DNA of 64,000 bases from Candidatus Poribacteria bacterium (lineage in GTDB: Bacteria; Poribacteria; WGA-4E; JAJDTR01): contig CBDCTK010000002.1 of assembly GCA_965222225.1 (NCBI GenBank), forward strand, positions 2,976,001-3,040,000. The letters are read 5' to 3'. Below the pieces are notes generated by a model, which worked only from the letters and a program-made list of their open reading frames with translations, ran no database searches and had not been told where the DNA came from. The position numbers and the translations under genes are program-made. This document shows, one piece after another, positions 30,509 to 40,674 of the stretch (its first letter is position 1; every line of letters starts with the position of its first letter).

Positions 30509-31561
30509 CTAGAGCAGGTAGGATACCGCCATTGATAGCGTGGGGCCGACCTCGAAAGCATCGCCATCGTCTGACAGGACTCGGCTTTGAATCGGGAATA
30601 TCACGTTCAGCCGGATGGGAACGCCAAATCTCGGATCGGGCGTCACGCCGAACTGTAGGGCATTGAAAATCAGACCGGAGTTGATGTCGCGGTTTCCGTC
30701 CCAGTAGGCGAAAGATTGGAATAGTCCCAGATGGCTCGCATGCAGTGCCAGCCAATCCTCGACTTGATATCGTATACCTACGGTTTCAGTGACATCCACG
30801 GAGCCGCGATAGGTCTTGTCGTTCTCGTAAAATGGGAAGTGACCGTGTATCGAGGCGTTGAGCGAGAGTGCCCCGGACAACGGGGTTTCGTAGTGTAACG
30901 CCGCTATCGGATCGAATGTGCCGGCGCCGAACTGGATGTGAAGGTGTTTTAAGCCGGCGTCTCCCAGTTTGAACGGATCCGCCTCTGTCGCCCCGACCGG
31001 TATACTGGTCCCGAGCGACACCATCAAGATATCGTCGTCGCGCAGTAGGTTTGCGAGTTTGCGCGAAACGAGCAGGTGCGCATCCGCAAATCCGCGGTAC
31101 ACCTCGTTGCGATGGTGGATTTCTTGGTTACCGAGGATTGCGCGGCGTTCTTCCAACGTCACGGGCGCAATCTCGTCAATGAAGGCGTCCTGATTCTTGA
31201 TGTCGTAGGGCAAACTCAACGCGACATCCCAATCAGCCGTGTGGCGATAGGCGATATCAAGTTGAAAGCGTAAAAAATCCAAGGAAACGCGATGACGATG
31301 CAGCGGAACTTGAATCACCTCACCTGTTGAGGAAAGCCCCTTTGTCTCCAGGTGTCCACCGTCGGCATCAAATCCCCGTAGCAGGTTGAGGGAAAACCGG
31401 AATTTTCCGATGTCTTCAGAAGTCGAACCGACTCCACCAATCCCGCTCCGCGGAATCACAGGATTACTTCACGCGCCGCAGGACTCTTGCGCGTACGAGA
31501 GCGGTGAGAGAAGCTGGAAACTTGCCAGGATTATAGTTAAGAAAAGTTTGATTCTTCGCAT
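30509..31561 (-). CDS. Outer-membrane beta-barrel transporter-like protein; candidate selenoprotein (CxxU, TGA at 31471-31469)
   Basis: In-frame ATG at 31561 gives signal peptide MRRIKLFLTIILASFQLLSPLSYAQ, then ESCGA-UGA-SNPV, joining the 316-aa ORF; barrel motifs GFAD, SIPVG, QFGAGTFD; amphipathic last strand. Confidence 0.75.
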
Positions 31562-31727
31562 AGGAAAGTCGATTTACAATGTCCGTTATACTGCTAAAAT
31601 ATACAAAGTCATCAAACGTGCTTCGTACGGTTCTCACCATCACTATAGGAATCGGTACACCCCGCTATATGTAGCGGATCCTGCTACATATAAAACCATC
31701 GAAAGTCTAAGGATATTGTTGCCGTGT

Positions 31728-31958
31728 TTATTCGCGGGTGTTTTGGGAGATTCCCATGAAATCCTTCCAGTCAATTCCTAGATTTCGAATAGCAGAACGG
31801 ATTGTACCTATTTTTAAATCATTAGCCCCATGAACTGGATTAACCACAGTCTTGTTAGCGAAAGGATTATACCATTTGCGGTGGGATCCACGCCTGGGAG
31901 TGTGCCTGCTTTCGCAACCAAGCGCCTTCAGTCTTCGAGCTACCTCTTGATATTTCAC
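31728..31958 (-). CDS. hicA: HicA family toxin
   Basis: RLKALG...RRGSHRKW...PVH...DLKIGTIRSAIRNLG. Confidence 0.88.
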   Translation of the reverse strand: MKYQEVARRLKALGCESRHTPRRGSHRKWYNPFANKTVVNPVHGANDLKIGTIRSAIRNLGIDWKDFMGISQNTRE

Positions 31959-32290
31959 AGGATTGTAGCCTTTGGTTCTAAATTAGAAACTGTAGCTTGA
32001 AAGAAGAAGGGTGACACATCGCCGTCAACTGGAAATGTAGGTGTCATTGTTTCAAACCATACTGGTTGCTTTTTTAGTGGAATTGTCTCGGGCATGACTT
32101 GAATCGTGTCAGGTAAAGCCCGGTTAAAATCATCGTAGAGTTCCAACAGTGTAGCAAAGGCATCTATAGCGTTGTTTAGCGCCTCTTCGATTGAATTACC
32201 TTCGGTTATCAGTTCAGGCAGTTCTTTACATGTGACTGTGTAGCCACCTTCTGATTGAGGTGTTAGTGCCACGGTTATTCTATAACTCAC
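31955..32290 (-). CDS. hicB: HicB family antitoxin
   Basis: EGGYTVTCKELPELITEGNSIEEALNNAIDA; overlaps the hicA start. Confidence 0.88.
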   Translation of the reverse strand: MSYRITVALTPQSEGGYTVTCKELPELITEGNSIEEALNNAIDAFATLLELYDDFNRALPDTIQVMPETIPLKKQPVWFETMTPTFPVDGDVSPFFFQATVSNLEPKATIL

Positions 32291-33300
32291 TGTAATACCT
32301 CGCCTCCCAGTTATACCATTTCTCTATACTTGCAGTGCATTAATAGGGTCAATGAGTCCTTCCAATGCGGGGCAAGATGCCCCGCCTACCGCTTTTGGTG
32401 TGCAGGGCAATGGTTGGGATCGGTTTTTTCATAATCGTATAATTGAAAACATAATTACGCACTCTCATTCAAGCGATATGGTATTAGTAAGTTTTCTTGT
32501 AACTGTTTAGTCTATTGATTTCTAGCGGGAAAGCATGGCAATTGGTTGAGAAACCAAGCGTGAATGGTTTAACGAATGTTCGCCTTATTATTGCAAAGGC
32601 GCGCCTAGTGCTATTGGCTACTGAACCATTTATCGGAGATATTCACATGCCGCTCCGCTGGAGCGGAAGAAACCGATATCTCTTGGCTACAAACATGGCA
32701 CTCCGCTGGAGTGCAAGACGTAATCAACCCTTAGATACAAAAGCCCAACTCTGTTGCAAGGGTTTCGCGTCAGCAGAGCGCTATCTAAACCATGCGGGGA
32801 TTTGACTATCCGCCACCTGCTATTACTAAACACCTACGTTTTCTTAGTTCTTCGGGAATACATCCTTTACTTTAGTCTCCGTAAATCGTCGTAATTTTCT
32901 CAAGGTTGTTAAAACCGGTGTCAAATCAAGCATTCATTTCTGCTTTAGTGGCGAGTTGCTTTAAATCCTGTTTTGTCGGAATATTTAACAAAATTGAGAG
33001 CCCCTATACCAAATACCAAGCATTGTGATAATCAGTGATATTGTTTGCCACCAACTTTGCCTTTCGAGAGTAACTGCTCCGTGGATTGAGGTGGTTTCCC
33101 ACTGTACCAGCACATTATATCAGAAGTTGGAGTTAGTATCAAGGAGAACTCGAAATGGCTCAGGGGAACGCAGATCTGCGTTCCCTACGGGGTTACTCGC
33201 TAACGTTGCCGCGAAGATTTGCCGCCGGGAGGGGTCGGCGTTGGGTTTCGCTGGGCTCAACCTACGGGTTGGTGTACCGGAGTATGCCTACTACTGACAA

Positions 33301-33520
33301 CTATTCGATCGCTCGGATGCTTGCGACTTGGGGGGCGTGGCGTGGAAGTCGGCGGTCGCGGAAGCGGGGTTCGGGCACATAGCCGGAGTAGTCCGAAATC
33401 CCGCCGTGCGTCAAGGAATAGACTGCGACGTTCGTCATGAATCTGTAGACGCCGGGAGAGTAATGGACACCAAAGCCGGGTATGCTGACGCTGCGCATCG
33501 CGCACAGATAGTCTCGACGG
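33301..33520 (-). pseudogene. C-terminal gene remnant, possibly DUF4159-like
   Basis: YRFMTNVAVYSLTHGGISDYS; no start or N-terminus; lies between REP elements. Confidence 0.35.
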
Positions 33521-33724
33521 CTAATTAGAACGGACAACCTGTCGCCAACCAAAAAACGCGCGGCGTTCCACCTAGTTCCGATGCTCGATCGCGCTCAGAA
33601 TCTCACGAAGCATAGTGAAACCCAACGGAGACGCGATTCAGGAAACGTGAGTGTTGGGTTTCGCTCTCTCCACCCATTCGGTCGCTTGATTCCTACAATC
33701 AGATACGTTCCCCACTGGATTCAA

Positions 33725-35590
33725 CTACGAATCAAGTTGAGCTTTGTAGTCGATGGCTTTGCCGAGAAGATAGATGAGTTCGTCAACCTGCTCGTTGTCG
33801 AACTCCGGATAGACGCCTTTGACAACGCGACGAACTTCCTCCAAACTTCCGTCCTTTGCCCAGTAGCTCTCCCGCAGGATTTCGGCGAATTCTGCCACGG
33901 CTGCCGTGAGACGAAACGGCGCCGACGCCGTCTCAAACGACTCATGCAGTTGCGACAGGAGGATGTCTTCTCCAATTTCGGTGACTTTATGGCTGTCGGG
34001 ATCGGCGTAGCGAATCGAGGCGGTCGCGATTTTTCCGGATGCCCCTTCGCGCAACTTTACCTCATACAGCGCGGTCACGCAGTGACCCGAGCCGATTTCC
34101 CCGGCGTCAACGGTGTCATCGCGGAATTGGTGGTTTTCGAGGAAACGATTCTCATAGCCGAGCAGACGGGATCGGCTGACAACCTCCGGATTGAAATCGA
34201 CTTGAATTTTCGCGTCTTTGGCGATGACCTGCAGCGTGCCCGTCAGATCTTCTACAAAGATGCGCCTCGCCTCGCTAAGGGTGTCAACGTAGGCGTAGTT
34301 CCCGTTCCCGGCGTTCGCGAGTTTCTCCATGAGGATGTCGTTGTAGTTTCCCATCCCAAATCCGACGGTTGACAGCGTGATTCCGCGTTTAACGTGGGCG
34401 CGTATCTCCTTCAGGATTTCTTCCGGACCGGTTCGCCCGACATTGGCGACACCGTCCGAGCAGAGTATCACGCGATTGATGCGATCGACCTCGGCGTTGC
34501 GCCAAGCGAGGTCGTATCCGATGCGCAATCCTTCTTCAGCATTGGTCGATCCGTCCGGATATAGGGAATCAATGGCCGCCAGGATCTCGGCGCGTCGGTT
34601 TACTCCCGTATGCGGCAGCATCAGCCTTCCCCGCGAGCCGTAGACGACGATGCCCACTTTGTCGGTGGGTCGAAGTTGATCGACAAGCAGCCTTAACGCC
34701 CTCTTCACCAGCCCCAATCGGTTTTCCCGCTCCATTGAGCCGGACACGTCAACCACAAAGGTCAACGCCGCGTCTTTTCGGTCTTCGTCGGGTATCACGC
34801 GGCCCTTCAATCCGATTCTTAGCAGATGGGTACGCTTGCTATCGGCGAATATTGACGGCGCGCCTTCAAGGTGGATGGCGAATGCGCCCTCGGTCGGGGC
34901 GGCATAATCGTATTTGAAGGCATTGACGAACTCCTCGACGCGCACGGCTTCCGACGGGGGCAGATGCCCCTCCGTCAAGTAGCTGCGGGTAACCGAATAC
35001 GACGCCGTATCGACATCCATCGCGAACGTCGAAAGATGTTCGTCCTCCGTATCAAGGAAGGGATTGACGCCGGCGCTCTTGAAATACATATCGGGATAGG
35101 CGGCGGCGTTTGGCGGTTTGAGTTGGGGAGCTGTTCGATAGGCGGCTGTATCCGCAACGGCTGATAAGTGTGTCTTCGCGGCTACTTTTGTAGATGCCGG
35201 AGTGTTCTTAGGACTATGGTTGGAAGAAGATGGAACCACCATATGTCTACTTATCTGCGATGGATGAGCGTCTGATGCTTCTATGCGCGCCACCTTTGAG
35301 GAAAACTCTAACACGGACGTTGGCTGGTAATTGGAAACCGCCCGCATTGCAAGTGGAGGTCTGCGTTCCCCGTGCGGCGATGGCTGCGTTCCAATTGCCG
35401 AAACCCTGCCCGCCATGGCAGGTTTCCGCATTTTTTGTTTCGGGGGAGCCTGTTCCGACAAAAATGCAACAGTGATCGTATCATCCGGCTGTGGAGTTTT
35501 CGTCACCCAATAGGCGCCAATAAGCAACACGGCAGCGGTGTGTATCATCAACGAAGCCATTAACGCGCCCGACAGTTTCTTGAATTTCAT
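33725..35590 (-). CDS. von Willebrand factor A domain protein (YfbK-like: vWF_A + VWA + DUF3520)
   Basis: STFAMDVDTASY, VRVEEFVN, MIDAS DVSGS, SDGVANVG and RLLGYENR motifs. Confidence 0.92.
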   Translation of the reverse strand: MKFKKLSGALMASLMIHTAAVLLIGAYWVTKTPQPDDTITVAFLSEQAPPKQKMRKPAMAGRVSAIGTQPSPHGERRPPLAMRAVSNYQPTSVLEFSSKVARIEASDAHPSQISRHMVVPSSSNHSPKNTPASTKVAAKTHLSAVADTAAYRTAPQLKPPNAAAYPDMYFKSAGVNPFLDTEDEHLSTFAMDVDTASYSVTRSYLTEGHLPPSEAVRVEEFVNAFKYDYAAPTEGAFAIHLEGAPSIFADSKRTHLLRIGLKGRVIPDEDRKDAALTFVVDVSGSMERENRLGLVKRALRLLVDQLRPTDKVGIVVYGSRGRLMLPHTGVNRRAEILAAIDSLYPDGSTNAEEGLRIGYDLAWRNAEVDRINRVILCSDGVANVGRTGPEEILKEIRAHVKRGITLSTVGFGMGNYNDILMEKLANAGNGNYAYVDTLSEARRIFVEDLTGTLQVIAKDAKIQVDFNPEVVSRSRLLGYENRFLENHQFRDDTVDAGEIGSGHCVTALYEVKLREGASGKIATASIRYADPDSHKVTEIGEDILLSQLHESFETASAPFRLTAAVAEFAEILRESYWAKDGSLEEVRRVVKGVYPEFDNEQVDELIYLLGKAIDYKAQLDS

Positions 35591-35687
35591 GATGTGTCCT
35601 CCGATATTTGGATAGGAAGGATGGAAGTGTGGAAGGTTGGAAGATTCCTTTCCACGGCAGTTTTAATTAGGTTTAGTTAAAGCGAAG

Positions 35688-35703
35688 AGCAAGTAATGTG
35701 CCA
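35688..35703 (-). promoter_or_regulatory. Sigma-54 promoter
   Basis: TGGCACATTACTTGCT. Confidence 0.8.
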
Positions 35704-35742
35704 TCAGCATCAGTGCGATTGTATGGCGATCTCGTGGCTTGA

Positions 35743-35791
35743 GTGCACCAGATTGGTCAAGGCTGGTGTTTGTATTGCCCTGCTTTGTGCA
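35743..35791. promoter_or_regulatory. Paired NtrC-like enhancer sites
   Basis: gtgcaccagattggtcaagg-N12-ttgccctgctttgtgca; the same pattern occurs at 39959-40008. Confidence 0.6.
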
Positions 35792-36140
35792 AAAGGCGGG
35801 ATTGTTGTTCAGATGTAGTGTAGGGTATCAAGCGAGTGAATAGATCAAGGGAACGATCAACTGAGTGGACAACGAAGGCGATAGAAGATCCCATAGTGAC
35901 CGCGATAGTAAATCCCGTGCGATAGGAATTTCGCTTCTTGCAGGGTGGCTTGATCCCAACCTACGGGCTATCGCGCTCCTTATTCAGTCGCTTGATCGGT
36001 TTCGGGAAGGGTTGAATCTTATTGATTGTCGTTGGAATCGGATTCAAAATATGATACGATGGCTTTATGTTTGCTGCGGGTGCATCAAGGTGGCGGCGAT
36101 GCCATAGTTCGGCAGGCTAAACGACATGAGGAGGGTTAAC

Positions 36141-36950
36141 ATGAGTGAACATCTTATCTCATCAAAGGAGATGGCGCAGTTTGTGGCTTCCGGCTACCTG
36201 AAGTTCGAGGAGATGGTGCCGAAAGATTTGTCCGACGCATGCCTTGAGGACATGAAAAACCACCGCGGTTATCTCGAGGTTGGTACCCCGTTCGAGGAGA
36301 CTTGGCCCAAGGGCACGCCGCTCGGCGATGTGTTCCGTTTGCCGCAGGTCAAAGGGCTGATCCATTCGTTGGTCGGTCCGAATCCGGTCTATGATCATCA
36401 CGCGGTGCATCTGCAGCGGGCGAACAGTATGAAGGGACCGGACACGCACCAGGACTCGGTCATCGACTTTCGCGAGAACTATTTCGACATCCAGTTGTCG
36501 TTCTTCGCGCACGACACGCCCGACGAGATGGGCGGTACGTTCCTGATTCCGGGATCGCATTTCCGAAATGTTCGCACGGGGGAGATTCGCGGCTACCATC
36601 AGATCTCCGGCAAAATCTGGGCGACGTGCCCGGCGGGGACGATGTATGTCTGGAACACGCGAGTCTGGCACGGCGGGCGCAGCAACTATACCGATAAAGA
36701 TCGCTACATGTACAAGCTGCGGCTCAACCCGTCGCAACCTCAGGTGCGCAATTTCGATACATCGGATATCGACGACCCGAAGATAGGAAGCATTCTTTCG
36801 AAGGGGCACGGCTGGGAAGGCAACGACATGCGGTATGAGTTGATGAAGCGCGTCCAGCTGTGGCGGTATGTTTCTGATCAGCCGGAGTACGATATCGGCG
36901 AGCGTTTCATGCGCAGGATTGAGTACCAGCCGCAAAGGATGTCGGCTTAA
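36141..36950 (+). CDS. PhyH family dioxygenase
   Basis: HQD, GGTFLIPGSH and WHG motifs. Confidence 0.85.
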   Translation: MSEHLISSKEMAQFVASGYLKFEEMVPKDLSDACLEDMKNHRGYLEVGTPFEETWPKGTPLGDVFRLPQVKGLIHSLVGPNPVYDHHAVHLQRANSMKGPDTHQDSVIDFRENYFDIQLSFFAHDTPDEMGGTFLIPGSHFRNVRTGEIRGYHQISGKIWATCPAGTMYVWNTRVWHGGRSNYTDKDRYMYKLRLNPSQPQVRNFDTSDIDDPKIGSILSKGHGWEGNDMRYELMKRVQLWRYVSDQPEYDIGERFMRRIEYQPQRMSA

Positions 36951-37230
36951 ATCGAGAGAAGATAAGAAAATCGGCGATTTGATGATTGGAGATTATGGGC
37001 GATGAAGTGTTGGGGTTCGCTTGAATTGCGGCGTTTTCGGGCAGAATGGAACATCGGACATTTTCTTGCCGTGCGTGAATTCTCTTGGACTTCCGCTCAA
37101 CCCAACCTCTACGGTCTGACATATTCAAAGGCTGGTGGGCAGTGCCCACCCTACAGGGAGAGGATTAGTGCAAAAAGGCGAAGTGGTGATTTGATGATTG
37201 GAGATTCTGCCAACCTCGTGCCTAGAGATC

Positions 37231-39762
37231 CTATTTGTTGACGAGCATTCTGCGGGTGGTGGTGAAATCGTCTGCGGTGAGGGTGCAAAAGTAGATGCCG
37301 GTGGCGACGGGTTCGCCGTATTGATTGCGCCCGTCCCAATACGCTGCACGGCCTCGGCTCTGATATAGGCCTGCGGGCTGGTAGCCAATCTCCAGTGCTT
37401 GCACCGTCCCTCCGTGCACGTCATGAATCGTCAAGGTGACATCCGCCGGCACCTGCAACTGATAGGGTATCCATGTCTCCGGATTGAACGGATTGGGGTA
37501 ATTTGGCAACAGGGCTGTCTCGGTCGGAATGTATGTCTGCCGCGTCAGCGCCGTCAACAGTCGTTCAAGCGTAATGATTCCTCGCTGCACGGTTGGATCT
37601 GCCGTCTCCAGTTGCTTAGCGTCATTCAGCCACTTCTTCACATCCTCGGCCGTGAGGGCTCCACGTCCACCCGCGTGGCTGGAAGGGGCGGCGGCGTCTC
37701 CCAACGCATCGGCGACCAGTTCCAAATCCTTGAGGTTTGCAACCCCATCTCCGTTGACATCCGCACCATCTTGCCTCAATTTCCCGAAATGCGAGGCGAC
37801 CAACACCAAGTCCAGGATGTTCGTGATTCCATCGCGGTTGACATCGGTCACACCGAATTCACCTGGGTTTGTGTAAGGAGTCGTGTCCCAAAACAGGATT
37901 GTTCCATCCAAACTTCCGCTGGCAAGCCCAATTCCATCCGGGTGAAACGCTACACTCGTAACCTCAGACGTATGACCCTTGAACGTACCCAGCAGATCGC
38001 CCGTAGCAGCATCCCACAGGCGGACAGTATCATCACTCCCTCCACTTGCCAGCGTCACCCCATCCGGACTGAAGGAGACGCTCTCGATCCAATGCGTATG
38101 TCCCTTAAGCGTCCGTACTAGCACATCTCTATTCGCATCCCACAGACGAACCGTACGGTCACGACTCCCGCTGGCAAGCTTCAAGCCATCCGGGCTAAAT
38201 GCGAGACTAGTGATGTTGGATGAGTGTCCTTGAAGCGTGCGCCTGCGCGCACCCGTGGCGGCATCCCATAGATGGATGGCACCGTCGTAGCTCCCACTGG
38301 CTAGCGTCACGCCATCGGGCGAATAGGTCACGGACAATACCACGCCCGTGTTTTCGTCAATTAATCGCACTTGCTCGCCGGTGGCTACATCCCACAAACG
38401 AATGGTACTGTCCCAACCTGCACTGGCGAGGGTCAAACCGTTCGGACTGTACGCCACATCGGTAACCCAAAGCGAGTGTCCCCCAAGCGTTCGTCGCCCG
38501 CCGGTGAGGGCATCCCAGAGATGGAGGCTGCCGTCTCTACTCCCACTGGCAAACGTCAAGCCGTCGGGACTGTACGCCACGCTAATGACTTCCTTCTCAC
38601 CCGCTTGAAGCGTTCGCACCTGCGCACCCGCAGTCGTATCCCATAGACGGATAGCGCTGTCCCAACTCCCGCTGACGAGCCTTTTCCCGTCCGGACTGTA
38701 CGCAATGCTATTGATCCAGGAGGAATGCGCGTTGATTGAGCGCGCCAACTCACCCGTAGTTATATCCCATAGGCGGATGGAATGGTCCCAACTCACACTA
38801 ACAAGCGTTTTTCCGTCCGGGCTGACCGCAATCTTCGGGTTAAACGAAAGATCTCTCCTGCTGGTAGAGGTAACCTCATCAAACGTTAACTTTTGGCCAC
38901 CGGTATCCGGATCCCACAGCCTGACCGTACCGAACCAGCCGCCACTCGCAAGTGTCTTTCCGTCCGGGCTGTATGTAAGGCTATTGACCCAATCCCTGGC
39001 CACATCAAGCGTGCGGATGTGTTCGCCGGTGAGGGCATCCCACAAGCGGATGCCACCATCCCAGCTCCCGCTGGCAAGCGTTTTCCCGTCCGGGCTGTAC
39101 GTTACGCTGCTTACCTCCCACGTATGCCCCTCCTCAAGCGTCTGTACCTGTGCACCCGTATCCACGTCCCACAGACGTACCTCGCTCGAACTCCCGCTTG
39201 CAAGCGTGTCTCCGTCGGGGCTAAACGCGACGGTAGGGACCATCCATGTATGGCCTTCAAGCGCCCGTATGTGCTCACCAGTAACCACATTCCACAGGTG
39301 AAGGTTGCCACTCCAACCTCCGGCTGCAAGGGTTAAACCATCCGGGCTGAACGCCAAGCTAAAGGCGGGACTCGTATGCCCCTCAAGTGTCCTCTTGTGC
39401 GCTCCCGTCCCCACATCCCACAGATGGATGGTTTTGTCCCCACTCCCAGTCGCAAGCGTCAAGCCATTCGGACTGAATTCCATACTGTCGATCCAAGCCG
39501 TGTGTCCGTTGAGCAGGGCACTCTCTTGAAAATTCGTTGTGTCATAGAGCCAAATCCCCAGGCTACTCGCAACCGCGAGGCGCGCGCCATCCGGGGAGTA
39601 GGCGACGGGACCGGTCAGTGAGCCTTTACCTAGCCGCATAGAGGCGCCTTCGGGCAACTTCCGTTGCGGGGAGTCTTGGGCGACGGCGTTGAGTGAAAAT
39701 AGGATGGAAAGGAATAGAAGGCAGGGCTTGAACGAAAGCGTGTTTTTCACCAACATCGTCAT
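37231..39762 (-). CDS. Secreted WD40-repeat protein with a dockerin-like repeat and a T9SS/FlgD-like C-terminal domain
   Basis: About 14 GH...SPDGxTLASGSxDxTIRLWD repeats; DVNRDG and DVNGDG; LLPNYPNPFNPETWIPY...WDGRN. Confidence 0.92.
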   Translation of the reverse strand: MTMLVKNTLSFKPCLLFLSILFSLNAVAQDSPQRKLPEGASMRLGKGSLTGPVAYSPDGARLAVASSLGIWLYDTTNFQESALLNGHTAWIDSMEFSPNGLTLATGSGDKTIHLWDVGTGAHKRTLEGHTSPAFSLAFSPDGLTLAAGGWSGNLHLWNVVTGEHIRALEGHTWMVPTVAFSPDGDTLASGSSSEVRLWDVDTGAQVQTLEEGHTWEVSSVTYSPDGKTLASGSWDGGIRLWDALTGEHIRTLDVARDWVNSLTYSPDGKTLASGGWFGTVRLWDPDTGGQKLTFDEVTSTSRRDLSFNPKIAVSPDGKTLVSVSWDHSIRLWDITTGELARSINAHSSWINSIAYSPDGKRLVSGSWDSAIRLWDTTAGAQVRTLQAGEKEVISVAYSPDGLTFASGSRDGSLHLWDALTGGRRTLGGHSLWVTDVAYSPNGLTLASAGWDSTIRLWDVATGEQVRLIDENTGVVLSVTYSPDGVTLASGSYDGAIHLWDAATGARRRTLQGHSSNITSLAFSPDGLKLASGSRDRTVRLWDANRDVLVRTLKGHTHWIESVSFSPDGVTLASGGSDDTVRLWDAATGDLLGTFKGHTSEVTSVAFHPDGIGLASGSLDGTILFWDTTPYTNPGEFGVTDVNRDGITNILDLVLVASHFGKLRQDGADVNGDGVANLKDLELVADALGDAAAPSSHAGGRGALTAEDVKKWLNDAKQLETADPTVQRGIITLERLLTALTRQTYIPTETALLPNYPNPFNPETWIPYQLQVPADVTLTIHDVHGGTVQALEIGYQPAGLYQSRGRAAYWDGRNQYGEPVATGIYFCTLTADDFTTTRRMLVNK

Positions 39763-39893
39763 TCTCCTTTAGGAAGCGTCGCTCCAACAAGTGAATTTGT
39801 CAGTTTCGAGCGGCAAAACGAATGATTTTGAACGTCTTTTCAAGTAGTTTTGCGCCCAATTTTGATGGATGAAAGTGTATGCTTCGACCAAAG

Positions 39894-39909
39894 TGCAACA
39901 TCTGTGCCA
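39894..39909 (-). promoter_or_regulatory. Sigma-54 promoter
   Basis: TGGCACAGATGTTGCA. Confidence 0.8.
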
Positions 39910-39958
39910 ATGGGAAACCTGATTCATACTGCTCTCGGTGATGGGTTTTTTGGTTCAG

Positions 39959-40008
39959 GTGCACGGAATAGGTCAAGGAATTGGGTTCGCGTTGCCCTGC
40001 ACGGTGCA
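39959..40008. promoter_or_regulatory. Paired NtrC-like enhancer sites
   Basis: gtgcacggaataggtcaagg-N13-ttgccctgcacggtgca. Confidence 0.6.
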
Positions 40009-40236
40009 GAAGTAGGGGGATTTGGGCGCGATCCCGGAGCGTTGCTTGCGGCAGAGGTCGCGACCGGGAGATCGCTCCTACAAAAATCAACACCTCAGGA
40101 TTCACTATCGCCTTCCTTATCCAGTCAGTTGATCATTCGCTATTCGCTCAGAATTCGCTCAGATGATCCTTATTCAGTCGCTTGAGAAGATCCCTATCGC
40201 GCTCCTTATTCAGTCGCTTGATCGCTTTGATTGCCG

Positions 40237-40265
40237 TTGACATCAAATTCAATGTATGGTACGAT
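40237..40265 (+). promoter_or_regulatory. Sigma-70 promoter
   Basis: TTGACA-17 bp-TACGAT. Confidence 0.6.
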
Positions 40266-40377
40266 GATTTTGCGGGTTGACGACGGCGCACCAGAGACAC
40301 GCTGCCGCTTTCACGGTCGGCTGTGGCGTTCCCACGTAAGCCGCAATGTCCAGACGATTTCCAAGGAGAGGAACTAT

Positions 40378-40674
40378 ATGCCGAAGGTTCAGGATATCTT
40401 AGTGTTTTTCCAAGCAAGTCCCGGGCTCGATATTACCCCCTCCGCGTGGTCGCGGTACGAGGCTTCCAAGGGCACGGGGATTAAGAATCTTGTTGAGGAG
40501 ACGGAACCCCCATACAAAAACGCGTTGGCTGCGATGCGCGACGGATGGCAGGTCATCCAGATGAGCGAGATGAAGCATCGCACCGCCGCCGACGGATATG
40601 AACTTGGACCGCTGCCGTATCAGACGGTGTTGTCGCGGTTCTGTGAATTACAAGACAAGGAGGAAGGTTCATAA
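40378..40674 (+). CDS. Small hypothetical protein coupled to the PhyH gene
   Basis: AAGGAGAGG SD; TAATG overlap with the next gene. Confidence 0.7.
   Translation: MPKVQDILVFFQASPGLDITPSAWSRYEASKGTGIKNLVEETEPPYKNALAAMRDGWQVIQMSEMKHRTAADGYELGPLPYQTVLSRFCELQDKEEGS

Noticed and set aside
6995-31471. Genome-wide UGA reassignment (genetic code 4 or 25)
   Set aside because: Many genes end at TGA at their expected C-termini (E2, MscS, BamA) and Trp is encoded by TGG
33581-34372. 263-aa plus-strand ORF, plus other long antisense ORFs (36162-36935, 37399-38121, 24885-25550)
   Set aside because: Shadow frames opposite well-supported genes in GC-rich coding DNA
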